Source: Thermoplasmata archaeon
Lineage (GTDB): Archaea > Thermoplasmatota > Thermoplasmata > GCA-020350865
Length of the DNA stretch: 64,000 bases
Reading direction: 5' to 3'
Assembly (NCBI GenBank): GCA_020348445.1
Contig: CP070751.1
Span: 4,844,506-4,908,505, forward strand
Made by a program: the position numbers and the translations under genes. The notes beneath the pieces were generated by a model. It was given only the letters and a program-made list of their open reading frames with translations, had not been told where the DNA came from and searched no databases. How positions within the stretch are numbered: position 1 is the stretch's first letter; each line of letters opens with the position of its first letter. Positions 1 to 10,368 of the stretch are shown here, one piece after another.

Positions 1-90
1 CTTCAATAGGAAAAAGATGTCAGCGCACAATCAATATGCAAAGTGGCCTTATAATCAATCAGAATTCAAACAAGTAGAGGAGGTTTTAAA

Positions 91-3000
91 TTGGATATAA
101 TCATGTTATTGATGTTGCTTTTTGTCATCATCATCGCCGTCTTTATCGCGGTTATGGCTGCCACCAACCGTATTATCTTTAAGATGGCTGTCCGTAACTT
201 CTCGCGTCGAAAGCTCCAAAGCCTAACCGTGATCTGCGGCCTTATGATTGGAACTGCTATCATATCAAGTTCACTTGCTGTGCAGGATACCATGGTCTAC
301 ATGTCCGAGGTAGACGTTTATCGTTCTTTAGGAGAGGTTGATGAAGAGATCTGGGGATTGAATTCTTTCGGGACTGTGGAGTATTTCAATGAATCAATCT
401 ATGAAACACTTGCGGAAAATCTTTCCTCGGTTGATGGAATCGAAGCAGTTGCACCAGTGATTTCTGATTTGGGTGCTGTGTTTGATAAAACTACGGAGCT
501 GGGTGATCCTTTTGTTGCGATACTGGGCCTCGATTCGGAAGTTTTAAAGACTACAAGTTTCGGAGATCTTGACGGCGATCACTTCTATCCAGATTTGTTA
601 GGACCGGATGAAGTGGCAATCAACTCAAGGCTGGCTGATGAGATAGATGCTTTAGAGGGACACGTGATAAATTTATCATACGGGGCCAGAAATCCCCTAA
701 ATCCCTTTGAGCCCGAACTTCGGGTGACGAATTTTACTATCACCAAAATCATCCAGGAAGAGGACCTTTGGGGCAAGGCCAATTATAATCTGAGAAAAAC
801 GGTATTCCTCGAGATCGACACTCTTCAACTCATGCTCAATAGACCGGGAGAGATCAATTATATATGGATTTCAAATGATGGGGATTATCGGAGTGGTGAA
901 TCCCTTACAAAAAAAGTGAATAAAACAATCGAATCCGAACTGGAGCTGGCTGTGAATAGGGATAATGATCTTACCGGAAGAAACCTGGTGTTGGAAGTAC
1001 ATAATGTCAAGGCCGATAATCTGGAGGCGGCCAGAGTAGGTGCCGAATCCATCGGGATCATGTTCTTTATCTTGGGCTCCTTTGCTATTATTGCCGGAAT
1101 TGTTTTGATCATTAATATTTTCGTAATGCTAGGCGAGGAGCGCAAGAGTGAAATGGGTATGGCAAGGGCTGTTGGCATGAAAAGCAAGCATCTGGTGCGG
1201 ATGTATGTTTTTGAAGGTAGCCTTTACGCGTTCGTAGCAGCGTTCATTGGTGTATTTCTGGGTCTGTTTTTCGGATGGATTATTATTCAGGCCTTCGAGT
1301 ATATTTTTGGCTCATCTGAAGGATTTGTGGAAGGTGCATCTAACATTCAATTTTACTTTACTTGGGGCAGTGTAATTATTGCTTTCTGTGCGGGATTGCT
1401 TCTTACTTTTGCCACGATATTTCTAATAAGCACCAGAATTACCAAACTGAACATCATTCGTGCAATTAGACGTATTCCTGAACCAAGAACATCGGGCACA
1501 AAAAAGCGTTCACACATAATGGGTGCAGTTCTTGCGATTTTGGGTATTCTTTCCTGCTTTATTGGTTATAGTACAGATGCGGGTGCAGGTTGGATGTTGG
1601 GCCTACCTTTCCTTTTTATTGGTTCCGCTTTGGTTATATACAAATGGATCAGGTTTCGTGTTGCCATAACAGTGGCCAGTATTCTCATCATTTTCTTCTT
1701 GATATCTCCCTTTGATATCCCGGTAATTTCAGAAGCAGATTATTCAGGGGCAGAATCATTCATTCTTGGCGGTGTCTTTCTCGTTCTGGCTGGGGTATTT
1801 TTAGTGATGTTCAATTCAGATATATTATTGATTATGCTGCAACGGTTATTTAGTTGGGATAAAACTTCACGTGCTGTTTTTAAAACCGCTATTTCTTATC
1901 CTATGGCCAGTAAAATGAAAACTGGCATGACCTTGGGAATGTTCGCGCTTATTATTTTCACTGTGACTGTTATCGCAATGTTCTCATCTATTTTAGCTTC
2001 ACAAAGCGACGCAATGCTAGAAGAGCAGAGTGGCGGGTATGATATTATGGGCACAACCAATCCCAGAACGCCCTTTGAGAATTTATCTATGGATACACTT
2101 CCAAGCGAACTTCAGGATTATGATATTAAACAGTTAGAAACCATAACTAGTGCAGTAGTCACAGTAGAAGAATATGATGTAACCAAATCAGAAGGAAATG
2201 ATTTCGTGGTACCTGGAACAATGAAGGTGGAACAATACCAATTGCTTGGTGCAAGCGATGCATTCCTTTCCAACAATGGCTTTACACTGATAGAAAGGGA
2301 TGATAGATATGAAACTGACGGTGATGCATGGGAAGCACTTAGTGAAAATAGTTCGTATTGTATTATCGATGGCACGAAACTCGGGTATATGGAAGGCGAT
2401 GTGGATCCTTCAGAAACAATTGATATTGTCGGAGCTTTTGTGGGAGGAACAATAACTATCACTGATATGGGCGGATCTAATCGAACTCGGGTTTTAACTG
2501 TTATCGGAATCATGGACCAGATGTTTTTCTTTCAAGGTATTTTGGTACAAAAGGATGTTGTTAGGAACGAATATGGTGGTGTGGACAGCCTAGTGTTAAT
2601 AGAACTCGGTGAGGGTGAGGACACAGATACTGTAGCAAAAGCATTCGAAAAACATTATCTCGAGCTTGGGCTGCAAACATCTGATCTTGCCGGTATAATC
2701 AATAGCTTTATTTCGCTTTTCAACAACATGTTGTATTTAATGGAAGGTTTTCTGGGAATCGGTCTGCTCGTTGGAATTGCAGGCATAGGTATAATTTCAT
2801 ATAGAAACGTTATCGAACGCCGCCAGCAGATCGGGATGCTTCGCGCAATAGGTTTTAAAAGAAGGATGATCGCCAAATCGTTTCTAATTGAGACCTCGTT
2901 TATAACAATTCTTGGCATATTAATCGGAATCGCTCTCGGGATTGGGGTGGGTTACCAAATGTATGTTGACTTTTATAAAGAGGAGGGTTCTCGTTTTGTC

Positions 3001-3126
3001 ATCCCCTGGTTGAACCTGATCGCCATATCAGTCATAGCCTATCTCGCCACAATCATCTTTACATTCTATCCCAGCGTCCAGGCAGCGAAGATTCCACCCG
3101 CGGAGGCGCTGAGGTATATTGAATAA
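91..3126 (+). CDS. ABC transporter permease, MacB/FtsX family, with two FtsX-type halves (paralog 1)
   Basis: 1011 aa. TTG start after a GAGGAGG RBS. Two FtsX-like signatures (GEERKSEMGMARAVGM; VIERRQQIGMLRAIGF), large extracytoplasmic domains between TM clusters, C-terminus AAKIPPAEALRYIE. Collinear with 33525-37121. Confidence 0.9.
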   Translation: MDIIMLLMLLFVIIIAVFIAVMAATNRIIFKMAVRNFSRRKLQSLTVICGLMIGTAIISSSLAVQDTMVYMSEVDVYRSLGEVDEEIWGLNSFGTVEYFNESIYETLAENLSSVDGIEAVAPVISDLGAVFDKTTELGDPFVAILGLDSEVLKTTSFGDLDGDHFYPDLLGPDEVAINSRLADEIDALEGHVINLSYGARNPLNPFEPELRVTNFTITKIIQEEDLWGKANYNLRKTVFLEIDTLQLMLNRPGEINYIWISNDGDYRSGESLTKKVNKTIESELELAVNRDNDLTGRNLVLEVHNVKADNLEAARVGAESIGIMFFILGSFAIIAGIVLIINIFVMLGEERKSEMGMARAVGMKSKHLVRMYVFEGSLYAFVAAFIGVFLGLFFGWIIIQAFEYIFGSSEGFVEGASNIQFYFTWGSVIIAFCAGLLLTFATIFLISTRITKLNIIRAIRRIPEPRTSGTKKRSHIMGAVLAILGILSCFIGYSTDAGAGWMLGLPFLFIGSALVIYKWIRFRVAITVASILIIFFLISPFDIPVISEADYSGAESFILGGVFLVLAGVFLVMFNSDILLIMLQRLFSWDKTSRAVFKTAISYPMASKMKTGMTLGMFALIIFTVTVIAMFSSILASQSDAMLEEQSGGYDIMGTTNPRTPFENLSMDTLPSELQDYDIKQLETITSAVVTVEEYDVTKSEGNDFVVPGTMKVEQYQLLGASDAFLSNNGFTLIERDDRYETDGDAWEALSENSSYCIIDGTKLGYMEGDVDPSETIDIVGAFVGGTITITDMGGSNRTRVLTVIGIMDQMFFFQGILVQKDVVRNEYGGVDSLVLIELGEGEDTDTVAKAFEKHYLELGLQTSDLAGIINSFISLFNNMLYLMEGFLGIGLLVGIAGIGIISYRNVIERRQQIGMLRAIGFKRRMIAKSFLIETSFITILGILIGIALGIGVGYQMYVDFYKEEGSRFVIPWLNLIAISVIAYLATIIFTFYPSVQAAKIPPAEALRYIE

Positions 3127-3233
3127 TCGTGCTCAGGATAATCAATCCCTTAAATCAATCATGAATTATTTAATTTAATAAAAAAAATATTACTACATGA
3201 TTTGATATCCTGATAAAGAGGATAAGGGAAAAC

Positions 3234-4367
3234 ATGAAAAGAAAAAAAGATAAACCAATCCTAGAGGATCGAGAAAAATACGACAGGAGGCTATTAATTT
3301 TCTTTTCCTTTTGGGTTCTTTTAGGTCTCTTTTTCAACATAATGGGTATATTCATAATTAGGGAACAAAGTTTAGGCTCTTTAATCCCTGGTCTTCTTGA
3401 GAGTTTGAGCTTTGCCTTCTTCATTACGGGATTACTTGCTATTAAATATCACCGTAAAAGGGGAATAATCCCCGGAAAAAGGATCTTGAAATGGTTTGCA
3501 AAGATCTCATTGGTCATTGGTTTGGTGGTTGCTGTGGGGATGACCTTGCTCGCTACACAGACAACGATTTTTGAAGACCAATTTATTGGATTGAGTGGAG
3601 TCGAAGTGATCGGATTGTTCATCGTTATGTATATCTTTGGGTTTTTTTTTGGTTTTGTCTTCCCGCTTTTTTTTATGATCGCGGGTTTTGGTATGATAGG
3701 GGTCTTGTCTGCTCTTATAAGACTCAAAACAGCCGATCTTTTGGTGGAAATAACGAAAATTACCCCCAATACATCGGATTCAGTGAAAGAAAAGGACAAA
3801 AAAACATACATGGGATACATCTGGTTAGGATGGGCATTCAATATTCCGGATGTTCTTGATACGAGAGCACTTGACATAAATAGAGGCGAGCCAAAAAAAA
3901 AGATACCCTGGCCAATACTCAAACAGGCGGTAATATGGCAGATATTTTTCGGCCTCGTTATTGTGATTTATATCAGTTTCAGTCCATTCTTTTTGGATAT
4001 CACGGAAATGGGGTTTATGTTCAGCATAGCCTCAAATGTAACCAACTTTATTCCGATATTCATTCTTCCATGGTTCATATATCTAAGGCTCGATGCTAAA
4101 ATCAAGGGTATAGTAAAGGACTTCAAGCTCTTTGACGGGTTAAAATCCCGAATGTTACAGACTATTGTGGCCTTCAGCACACTCATCCTCTTTGTTCGGA
4201 TGGCATTGGTGCGTCCAGGTTTTAAAGATATTATTGGCGACTTCCTTGGCTACTTCATGCTCTTTATAATAACTGTAATAGTGACAACGTTCGTATACTT
4301 CAACTACTTCGAAAATGACCTTGCATACGACATTGCACGAAAATATGAAGAGATAAAGATAAGATAG
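3234..4367 (+). CDS. Hypothetical multi-pass membrane protein
   Basis: 377-aa ORF with many hydrophobic segments; no family motif recognised. Confidence 0.75.
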   Translation: MKRKKDKPILEDREKYDRRLLIFFSFWVLLGLFFNIMGIFIIREQSLGSLIPGLLESLSFAFFITGLLAIKYHRKRGIIPGKRILKWFAKISLVIGLVVAVGMTLLATQTTIFEDQFIGLSGVEVIGLFIVMYIFGFFFGFVFPLFFMIAGFGMIGVLSALIRLKTADLLVEITKITPNTSDSVKEKDKKTYMGYIWLGWAFNIPDVLDTRALDINRGEPKKKIPWPILKQAVIWQIFFGLVIVIYISFSPFFLDITEMGFMFSIASNVTNFIPIFILPWFIYLRLDAKIKGIVKDFKLFDGLKSRMLQTIVAFSTLILFVRMALVRPGFKDIIGDFLGYFMLFIITVIVTTFVYFNYFENDLAYDIARKYEEIKIR

Positions 4368-4426
4368 CTTCAGATATAATAAAGCCTAAATAAATACAGA
4401 ATATCTACTGCATGGGAGAAATATTC

Positions 4427-5341
4427 ATGAAAGCAATTTTATATGAAAAATCCGGCCCACCGGAGGTTCTTCAGCTCAAAGAGGTTCCAAAACCCACACC
4501 AAAGGACAATGAGATACTAGTAAAAATTCATGCTGGAACAGTAACGAGAGGAGATGTGATGCTTCGTGGAGCTGGTCTATTTATCAACTTCATGATGTTG
4601 ATATTGGGATTCAAAAAGAAGAAAATACCAGGGCATGAGTTGGCCGGGGAAATTGAAGCAGTGGGCAAGGATGTAAAACTTTTTAAGAAAGGTGACCAGA
4701 TCTTTGGAACCAGTACAGGATTGGTTTATGGAGGCAATGCCCAATACGTTTGTCTTCCTGAACAATGGAAACAAGGGGTTGTGACAAAAAAACCGGTTAA
4801 TATTACCTTTGAGGAGGCTGCGGCGGTTCCGATAGGAGGTATGACCGCCCTTTGGATCCTTAGAAAAGGAAATATCAAGAAAGGACAAAAGGTCCTTGTT
4901 TATGGGGCCTCTGGAAGTGTAGGTACGTATGCTGTCCAGCTTGCCAAGCACTTCGGGGCAGAAGTAACAGGGGTATGCAGTACCAAGAATTTGGAAATGG
5001 TGAAATCAATTGGAGCGGATTCGGTAATAGATTACACAAAAGAGGATTTTTCCAAAGGAAGTACCAAGTATGACATTATCTTCGATGCTGTAGGGAAAGT
5101 TAAATCCTCCCAGAGAAAAGTTTCGTTAAATAAAAATGGAAAATATGTCTCCATTAGATCCCTTACAAAAGAAAAGACAGAAAATCTGCTATTTCTTAAG
5201 GAGCTTGTGGAGAAGGGAAGGATAAAACCGGTCATAGATAAACGCTATACAATGGAACAGATCGTCGAGGCTCATAGGTATGTCGAAACCGGTCACAAAA
5301 GGGGGAATGTGGTAATTACTGTGGCGCATAACAAAACCTAA
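4427..5341 (+). CDS. NAD(P)-dependent MDR-family oxidoreductase (quinone-reductase-like, no catalytic Zn motif), copy 1
   Basis: Starts [23 protein letters not shown]; motifs [28 protein letters not shown]. Start moved from 4412 to ATG 4427 to match the paralog N-termini. Confidence 0.9.
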   Translation: MKAILYEKSGPPEVLQLKEVPKPTPKDNEILVKIHAGTVTRGDVMLRGAGLFINFMMLILGFKKKKIPGHELAGEIEAVGKDVKLFKKGDQIFGTSTGLVYGGNAQYVCLPEQWKQGVVTKKPVNITFEEAAAVPIGGMTALWILRKGNIKKGQKVLVYGASGSVGTYAVQLAKHFGAEVTGVCSTKNLEMVKSIGADSVIDYTKEDFSKGSTKYDIIFDAVGKVKSSQRKVSLNKNGKYVSIRSLTKEKTENLLFLKELVEKGRIKPVIDKRYTMEQIVEAHRYVETGHKRGNVVITVAHNKT

Positions 5342-5360
5342 CAACCTTGGAGAAAAACTC

Positions 5361-6353
5361 ATGAAAGCCATAGTCTGGACAAAATACGGATCCCCGGATT
5401 ATCTAAAGCTCCAAGAGGTTGACAAACCCACTCCAAAGGACAATGAAGTACTGATAAAAATACATGCAACAACAGTAACGGCAGGTGATACTGAGGTTCG
5501 AAGACTGAAGTTACCCATGGGTCTGGGATTTCTCATGCGCATGTTTGTAGGTCTAAGAAGACCAAAAAGGTTAACCATTCTTGGCCAGGAACTGGCTGGT
5601 GAAATTGAAGCTGTGGGCAAGGATGTAAAACGATTTAAGAAAGGCGATCATGTTTTTGGATCTCCGGGTTTTAATATGGGTGCTTATGCTGAATATAAAA
5701 GCATGCCTGCAAATCCAGAAGATGGGGTGCTGGCAAAAAAGCCCGCCAATATGACATTCGAGGAGGCCGCTAGTGTAATTATAGGAGGAATGGAATCAAT
5801 GCATTTTCTTGGAAAAGCAAACATCCAAAGCGGGGAAAAGGTTCTGATCAATGGTGCCGGTGGTAGTATAGGAACTTTTGGGGTACAGTTTGCAAAATCA
5901 CTAGGTGCCGAGGTTACTGCCGTGGATAGTACACGAAAAATGGATATGTTGTGGGAGATCGGGGCGGATGAGGTCATTGATTATACCAAAGAAGATTTTA
6001 CCAAAAGCGGCAAGACCTATGATGTCATCTTTGATGTCGTAGGCAAGGCTCCATATTCTGGATGTATAAATTCGCTTAAGCAAAATGGGCGCTATCAGTT
6101 GGCCAATCCCAGGATATCAAAGATTATTCGAGGGAAATTGATTTCAAAGAAAAGCGGCAAGAAGGTAACAACTGCCGTGGCAAACTACAAAACTGAAGAT
6201 CTGATTGCTATAAAAGAACTAATTGAGGAAGGGAAAGTACGATCTGTTATCGACAGATGCTATCCTCTGGAACAAATTCCCGAGGCCCATAGATATGTTG
6301 AAAAGGGTGGTAAAAAGGGAAATGTGGTAATCACGCTTGGGCATGACAAATAA
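5361..6353 (+). CDS. NAD(P)-dependent MDR-family oxidoreductase, copy 2
   Basis: [38 protein letters not shown]. Confidence 0.9.
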   Translation: MKAIVWTKYGSPDYLKLQEVDKPTPKDNEVLIKIHATTVTAGDTEVRRLKLPMGLGFLMRMFVGLRRPKRLTILGQELAGEIEAVGKDVKRFKKGDHVFGSPGFNMGAYAEYKSMPANPEDGVLAKKPANMTFEEAASVIIGGMESMHFLGKANIQSGEKVLINGAGGSIGTFGVQFAKSLGAEVTAVDSTRKMDMLWEIGADEVIDYTKEDFTKSGKTYDVIFDVVGKAPYSGCINSLKQNGRYQLANPRISKIIRGKLISKKSGKKVTTAVANYKTEDLIAIKELIEEGKVRSVIDRCYPLEQIPEAHRYVEKGGKKGNVVITLGHDK

Positions 6354-6368
6354 AAAGAGGCTACGGCA

Positions 6369-6842
6369 ATGAAAACTATACTAGTCCTGTATTCGTATCA
6401 TCACATGAACACTGAGAAGGTCGCAAAGGTGATGGCTAAGGTCCTAGATGCACAGATAAAAACACCACAGGAAATAGATCCAAAAGATCTTAGGGAATAT
6501 GATCTTGTGGGTTTTGGATCGGGAATATATGGTGAAAAACATCATAAATTTTTGCTTGATCTTGCAGACAAATTACCACATGTTGCTAACAAGAAAGGAT
6601 TCATTTTCTCAACCAGCGCCATCATGGGAAAGGACAAGGTCGCCGAAGATCATGCGACCCTCAGAAAAAAACTGCAATCCAAAGGTTACATCATCGTTGA
6701 TGAATTTGCCTGTAAAGGTTTTAACACAAATAGCTTTCTTAAATATTTCGGGGGAATGAACAAGGGCAGGCCCAATACCAGGGACCTGGAAAATGCAAAG
6801 GAGTTTGCTCAAAAGCTAATTCAGAAAGCAAAGGGCTCATAG
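6369..6842 (+). CDS. Flavodoxin-family protein
   Basis: N-terminal YSYHHMNTEKVA loop, DLVGFGSGIY, FIFST, closing GRPN..DLENAKEFA typical of flavodoxin-like folds. Confidence 0.85.
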   Translation: MKTILVLYSYHHMNTEKVAKVMAKVLDAQIKTPQEIDPKDLREYDLVGFGSGIYGEKHHKFLLDLADKLPHVANKKGFIFSTSAIMGKDKVAEDHATLRKKLQSKGYIIVDEFACKGFNTNSFLKYFGGMNKGRPNTRDLENAKEFAQKLIQKAKGS

Positions 6843-6870
6843 CTATATGGATAAGAATTGAGGTAAGATT

Positions 6871-7686
6871 GTGATAATAGACGGACATGCTCATGCGTGT
6901 GGCGGTTACTTAAATGCAGAATCAATAAAGATTAAAATTGATCAAACAGGTGTTGATAAGGTAGTTCTCGTTCCGGGCCAGCTTAACAGTTCTAAAACAT
7001 ACAAACTTAAAGACTATACAAAAAAGGATCCCCATAAGGATGTTGTAAAGAGGACGAACAAGATCATAAGATTTGGAATTACTCTATTAAGGGTCCACAA
7101 GACCATCCCAAAGGGAAATGAACATGTATATTCCCTGGCAAAGGCCCTTCCGGATAATGTTATTCAGTTCTTCTGGGTCACCAAAGCACAAGTGGGGGAG
7201 ATTGATGCGAAATACATGGAAATGATTTTTAAAGGACTCAAGTTACACCAATGCTGGGAGTATTTCAAAGTCGATTCCAATTATTTTAAAACCGTTGCCA
7301 ATTGGGCAACACGAAATGATATGCCCCTTTTCATTCATTTATATTCATACAAAGATGTTGCAGATCTTATAGAATACTTAAAACACAACCAGAATATCAA
7401 ACTGATAAATGGTCATTTGTTCGGCCTTGAGCTTTTTATGAAAGAAGATATCGATATTCTAAATAACGTGTACTTTGATGTTTCAAATAATTGCTTCATA
7501 TCGAATGAACGATTTGAAAAAGCACTAAAACATTTTAGCAGCAAAAAACTATTAATGGGATCTGATATCCCTTACGGGGAGAAAAGTCTGGAGAGAGTGA
7601 TTTCCCGGATCAAGGGCCTTGGAATTTCTAAGGATAAAAGAGAAGAAATTCTTGGTAATAATATGAAGAGATTATTATCTATATAA
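6871..7686 (+). CDS. Amidohydrolase-family (TIM-barrel) metal-dependent hydrolase
   Basis: IIDGHAH, GLKLH, PLFIH, HLFG, YFDVS and MGSDIPY motifs. Confidence 0.85.
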   Translation: MIIDGHAHACGGYLNAESIKIKIDQTGVDKVVLVPGQLNSSKTYKLKDYTKKDPHKDVVKRTNKIIRFGITLLRVHKTIPKGNEHVYSLAKALPDNVIQFFWVTKAQVGEIDAKYMEMIFKGLKLHQCWEYFKVDSNYFKTVANWATRNDMPLFIHLYSYKDVADLIEYLKHNQNIKLINGHLFGLELFMKEDIDILNNVYFDVSNNCFISNERFEKALKHFSSKKLLMGSDIPYGEKSLERVISRIKGLGISKDKREEILGNNMKRLLSI

Positions 7687-7719
7687 TAAACGATCCATAA
7701 CAATGATTGAGGGGTGTTC

Positions 7720-8667
7720 ATGAAAGCCATCGTATGCATAAAATACGGGCCGCCGGAAGTTCTTAAACTGAAAGATGTTCCCAAACCCACTCCAAAGAAC
7801 AATGAGGTCCTCATAAAGATTCGCACAACACAAGTAACGGCAAGCGACTGCATAGTTCGTGGTTTTAAACTGTCGCGTTGGTCCCCTTTAGGATTCATGA
7901 TGGGACTTGCATTAGGTTTTAGAAAACCGAGACAACCAATACTAGGTATGGTCTTAGCTGGAGAAATCGAATCTGTAGGTAGAGATGTTAAGCGATTTAA
8001 GAAGGGTGATGCGGTCTATGGAATGACCGGTTTAAGTTTTGCTACCTATGCCGAGTATAAAAGTATTTCCGAGAAAGAATGCCTGGTAAAAAAACCATCC
8101 AGTGTAAGTTATGAGGAAGCCGCTGCAGCCGCTTATGGAGGAATCATAGCAGGTCATTTTATTAAGAAAGCAAACATCCAAAAGGGACAGAAGGTGCTTA
8201 TCTATGGAGCTTCCGGGGCAAATGGAACCACCGCGGTGCAGCTTGCCAAGTATTACGGGGCCGAGGTCACTGGCGTATGTAGTACAAAGAATTTGGAGAT
8301 GGTAAGGTCCCTGGGAGCCGATTCCGCTATTGATTATACAAAAGAGGATCTGTTAAGCAGGGGAGAACGGTACGATCTTGTCTTTGATGCCGTTGGAAAC
8401 AAGAAAACCTCGAAATTGAAATCACAGTGCAAGAAAGTGCTAACCAAGAGCGGGAAATATATGTCAGTGGATAAAGGATCACCAAAATCCATACCCGAAC
8501 ATCTTGAATTGCTAAATAAATTATTTGAAGAGGGAAAATACAAAGCCGTTATAGACAGAACCTATCCACTGGGACAGATGATTGAGGCTCATAGGTATGT
8601 TGACAAAGGGCATAAAAAGGGGAATGTGGTAATAACTGTGGGACAGAATAATAAAACTGAAACTTAG
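7720..8667 (+). CDS. NAD(P)-dependent MDR-family oxidoreductase, copy 3
   Basis: MKAIVCIKYGPPEVL, GASGANG, GHKKGNVVI. ATG 7720 preferred over GTG 7714 (GAGGGGTG RBS). Confidence 0.9.
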   Translation: MKAIVCIKYGPPEVLKLKDVPKPTPKNNEVLIKIRTTQVTASDCIVRGFKLSRWSPLGFMMGLALGFRKPRQPILGMVLAGEIESVGRDVKRFKKGDAVYGMTGLSFATYAEYKSISEKECLVKKPSSVSYEEAAAAAYGGIIAGHFIKKANIQKGQKVLIYGASGANGTTAVQLAKYYGAEVTGVCSTKNLEMVRSLGADSAIDYTKEDLLSRGERYDLVFDAVGNKKTSKLKSQCKKVLTKSGKYMSVDKGSPKSIPEHLELLNKLFEEGKYKAVIDRTYPLGQMIEAHRYVDKGHKKGNVVITVGQNNKTET

Positions 8668-8678
8668 TAGGAATTCAG

Positions 8679-9317
8679 ATGGATAAATCAGAGAAGATCT
8701 GGGACAAAATCGCAGATAATTATGATAAATCTGAAAAGCGTTTTGAACCCATTCACAAAAAGACTATCGAGAACACCAAAAAATACCTCAATTCAACTGA
8801 TATTGTTTTAGATTACGGATGTGCCACAGGAACAAAAGCCCTTGAACTTGCCAGCAGTGTGAAAAGGATTCAGGGCATTGATATATCGTCAAAAATGATC
8901 GAAGCTGCAAAAAGAAAGGCAGTTGAGCGTAAAATCGAGAATGTGGTTTTTACACATGCAATTATTTTTGATGAGAGGTATAAAAGAGAATCATTTGATG
9001 TGATACTGGCCTTTAATATTCTGCATTCATTAGAAGGCCACAAGCAGGTTCTGAAAAGAATAAACGAACTTTTAAAGCCGGGAGGTTTATTTATTTCTGT
9101 AACCCCGTGTCTGAAGGAAAAAATGGCCATTAGGAATAGATTAGAATTATCTTTCTTCCGTCTACTGATAATAATCAGAGTATTTCCGAATATTTTAACA
9201 AGATTTAAAATCCCTGAATTGGAGGATCTAATAACTAGTGGAAATTTTCAAATAATTGAAACTGAAAATATATTTCATAGGATGACTAGTTATTTTGTTA
9301 CTGCAAAGAAGATATAG
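8679..9317 (+). CDS. Class I SAM-dependent methyltransferase
   Basis: VLDYGCATG motif I, GIDISSKMI, FDVILAFNILH, LKPGGLFI. Confidence 0.9.
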   Translation: MDKSEKIWDKIADNYDKSEKRFEPIHKKTIENTKKYLNSTDIVLDYGCATGTKALELASSVKRIQGIDISSKMIEAAKRKAVERKIENVVFTHAIIFDERYKRESFDVILAFNILHSLEGHKQVLKRINELLKPGGLFISVTPCLKEKMAIRNRLELSFFRLLIIIRVFPNILTRFKIPELEDLITSGNFQIIETENIFHRMTSYFVTAKKI

Positions 9318-9361
9318 AGAACATGACAATCACTGGATCGAAAAAAGTAGGAAGGATACTC

Positions 9362-10348
9362 ATGAAAGCTGTCGTGTGCAAAAGATACGGATCACCAATG
9401 AAAGTCCTAAAGCTCAAAGAGGCCCCAAAACCCACACCTAGGGACAACGAGGTCCTGGTAAAGATCCATGCTGCCTCGGTAAATGCAGCCGATGTGGAGA
9501 TCCTAAGAGGTGCCTGGACTGCCCGAATGACAGGGCCTTTAAGACCAAGAAGCAGGATACCTGGATCAGACGTTGCGGGAGTTGTTGAATCAGTTGGTAA
9601 GAACGTTACGAAGTTCAAGCCAGGAGATGAGGTGTTCGGAGACACGTTCATGAAAGGTTTTGGAGCTTTTGCAGAGTATAAAAGTGCACCCGAAAAGGAA
9701 TTGTATATCAAACCAAAGGGTATGACCTTCGAACAAGCATCTTGTTATCCTCAATCTGGGATCATTGCCCTCCAGGGTCTAAGGAACAAACACCCTATCA
9801 AACCTGGACAAACTGTACTTATCAACGGTGCAGGTGGTGGTATGGGTACCTTTGCAGTGCAAATCGCTAAGCACTATGGGGCAGAGGTGACCGCAGTGGA
9901 TCATACAAGTAAAATCGACATGCTGCATTCAATTGGTGCAGACCATGTTATGGATTACACAAAAGAGGATTACACAAAAACCGGAAAGACCTACAACCTG
10001 ATCCTTGATGTTGTGGCCGGTCGAAAGGTTAAGGACTATGAACGTGCTTTGAGTGATTACGGAAATTTTGTCATAGTAGGAGGTTCCAGGGCTACGATCT
10101 TCAAGGTTATTTTCCTTGGTCCTATTGTTACAAGAAAAAGTAACAAGAAGATGGGGCTCAATGATTGGAGTTCAGACAAAAATGAAGATATGAGATTTTT
10201 AATGGAATTATTTGAGGCGGGCAAAGTAAAACCTGTAATAGATAAACATTACCCGTTAAGGGAGGTTCCTGAGGCCTATCGGTATCTTGAGGAGGGACAT
10301 GTAAAGGGGAAATTGGTTATAACTATGGGACATGACAACAAAACCTAA
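9362..10348 (+). CDS. NAD(P)-dependent MDR-family oxidoreductase, copy 4
   Basis: MKAVVCKRYGSP, GSDVAGVVE, GAGGGMG, GHVKGKLVI. Start placed at ATG 9362 by paralog alignment. Confidence 0.9.
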   Translation: MKAVVCKRYGSPMKVLKLKEAPKPTPRDNEVLVKIHAASVNAADVEILRGAWTARMTGPLRPRSRIPGSDVAGVVESVGKNVTKFKPGDEVFGDTFMKGFGAFAEYKSAPEKELYIKPKGMTFEQASCYPQSGIIALQGLRNKHPIKPGQTVLINGAGGGMGTFAVQIAKHYGAEVTAVDHTSKIDMLHSIGADHVMDYTKEDYTKTGKTYNLILDVVAGRKVKDYERALSDYGNFVIVGGSRATIFKVIFLGPIVTRKSNKKMGLNDWSSDKNEDMRFLMELFEAGKVKPVIDKHYPLREVPEAYRYLEEGHVKGKLVITMGHDNKT

Positions 10349-10368
10349 CAAAGCACTGCAGAGGATGC

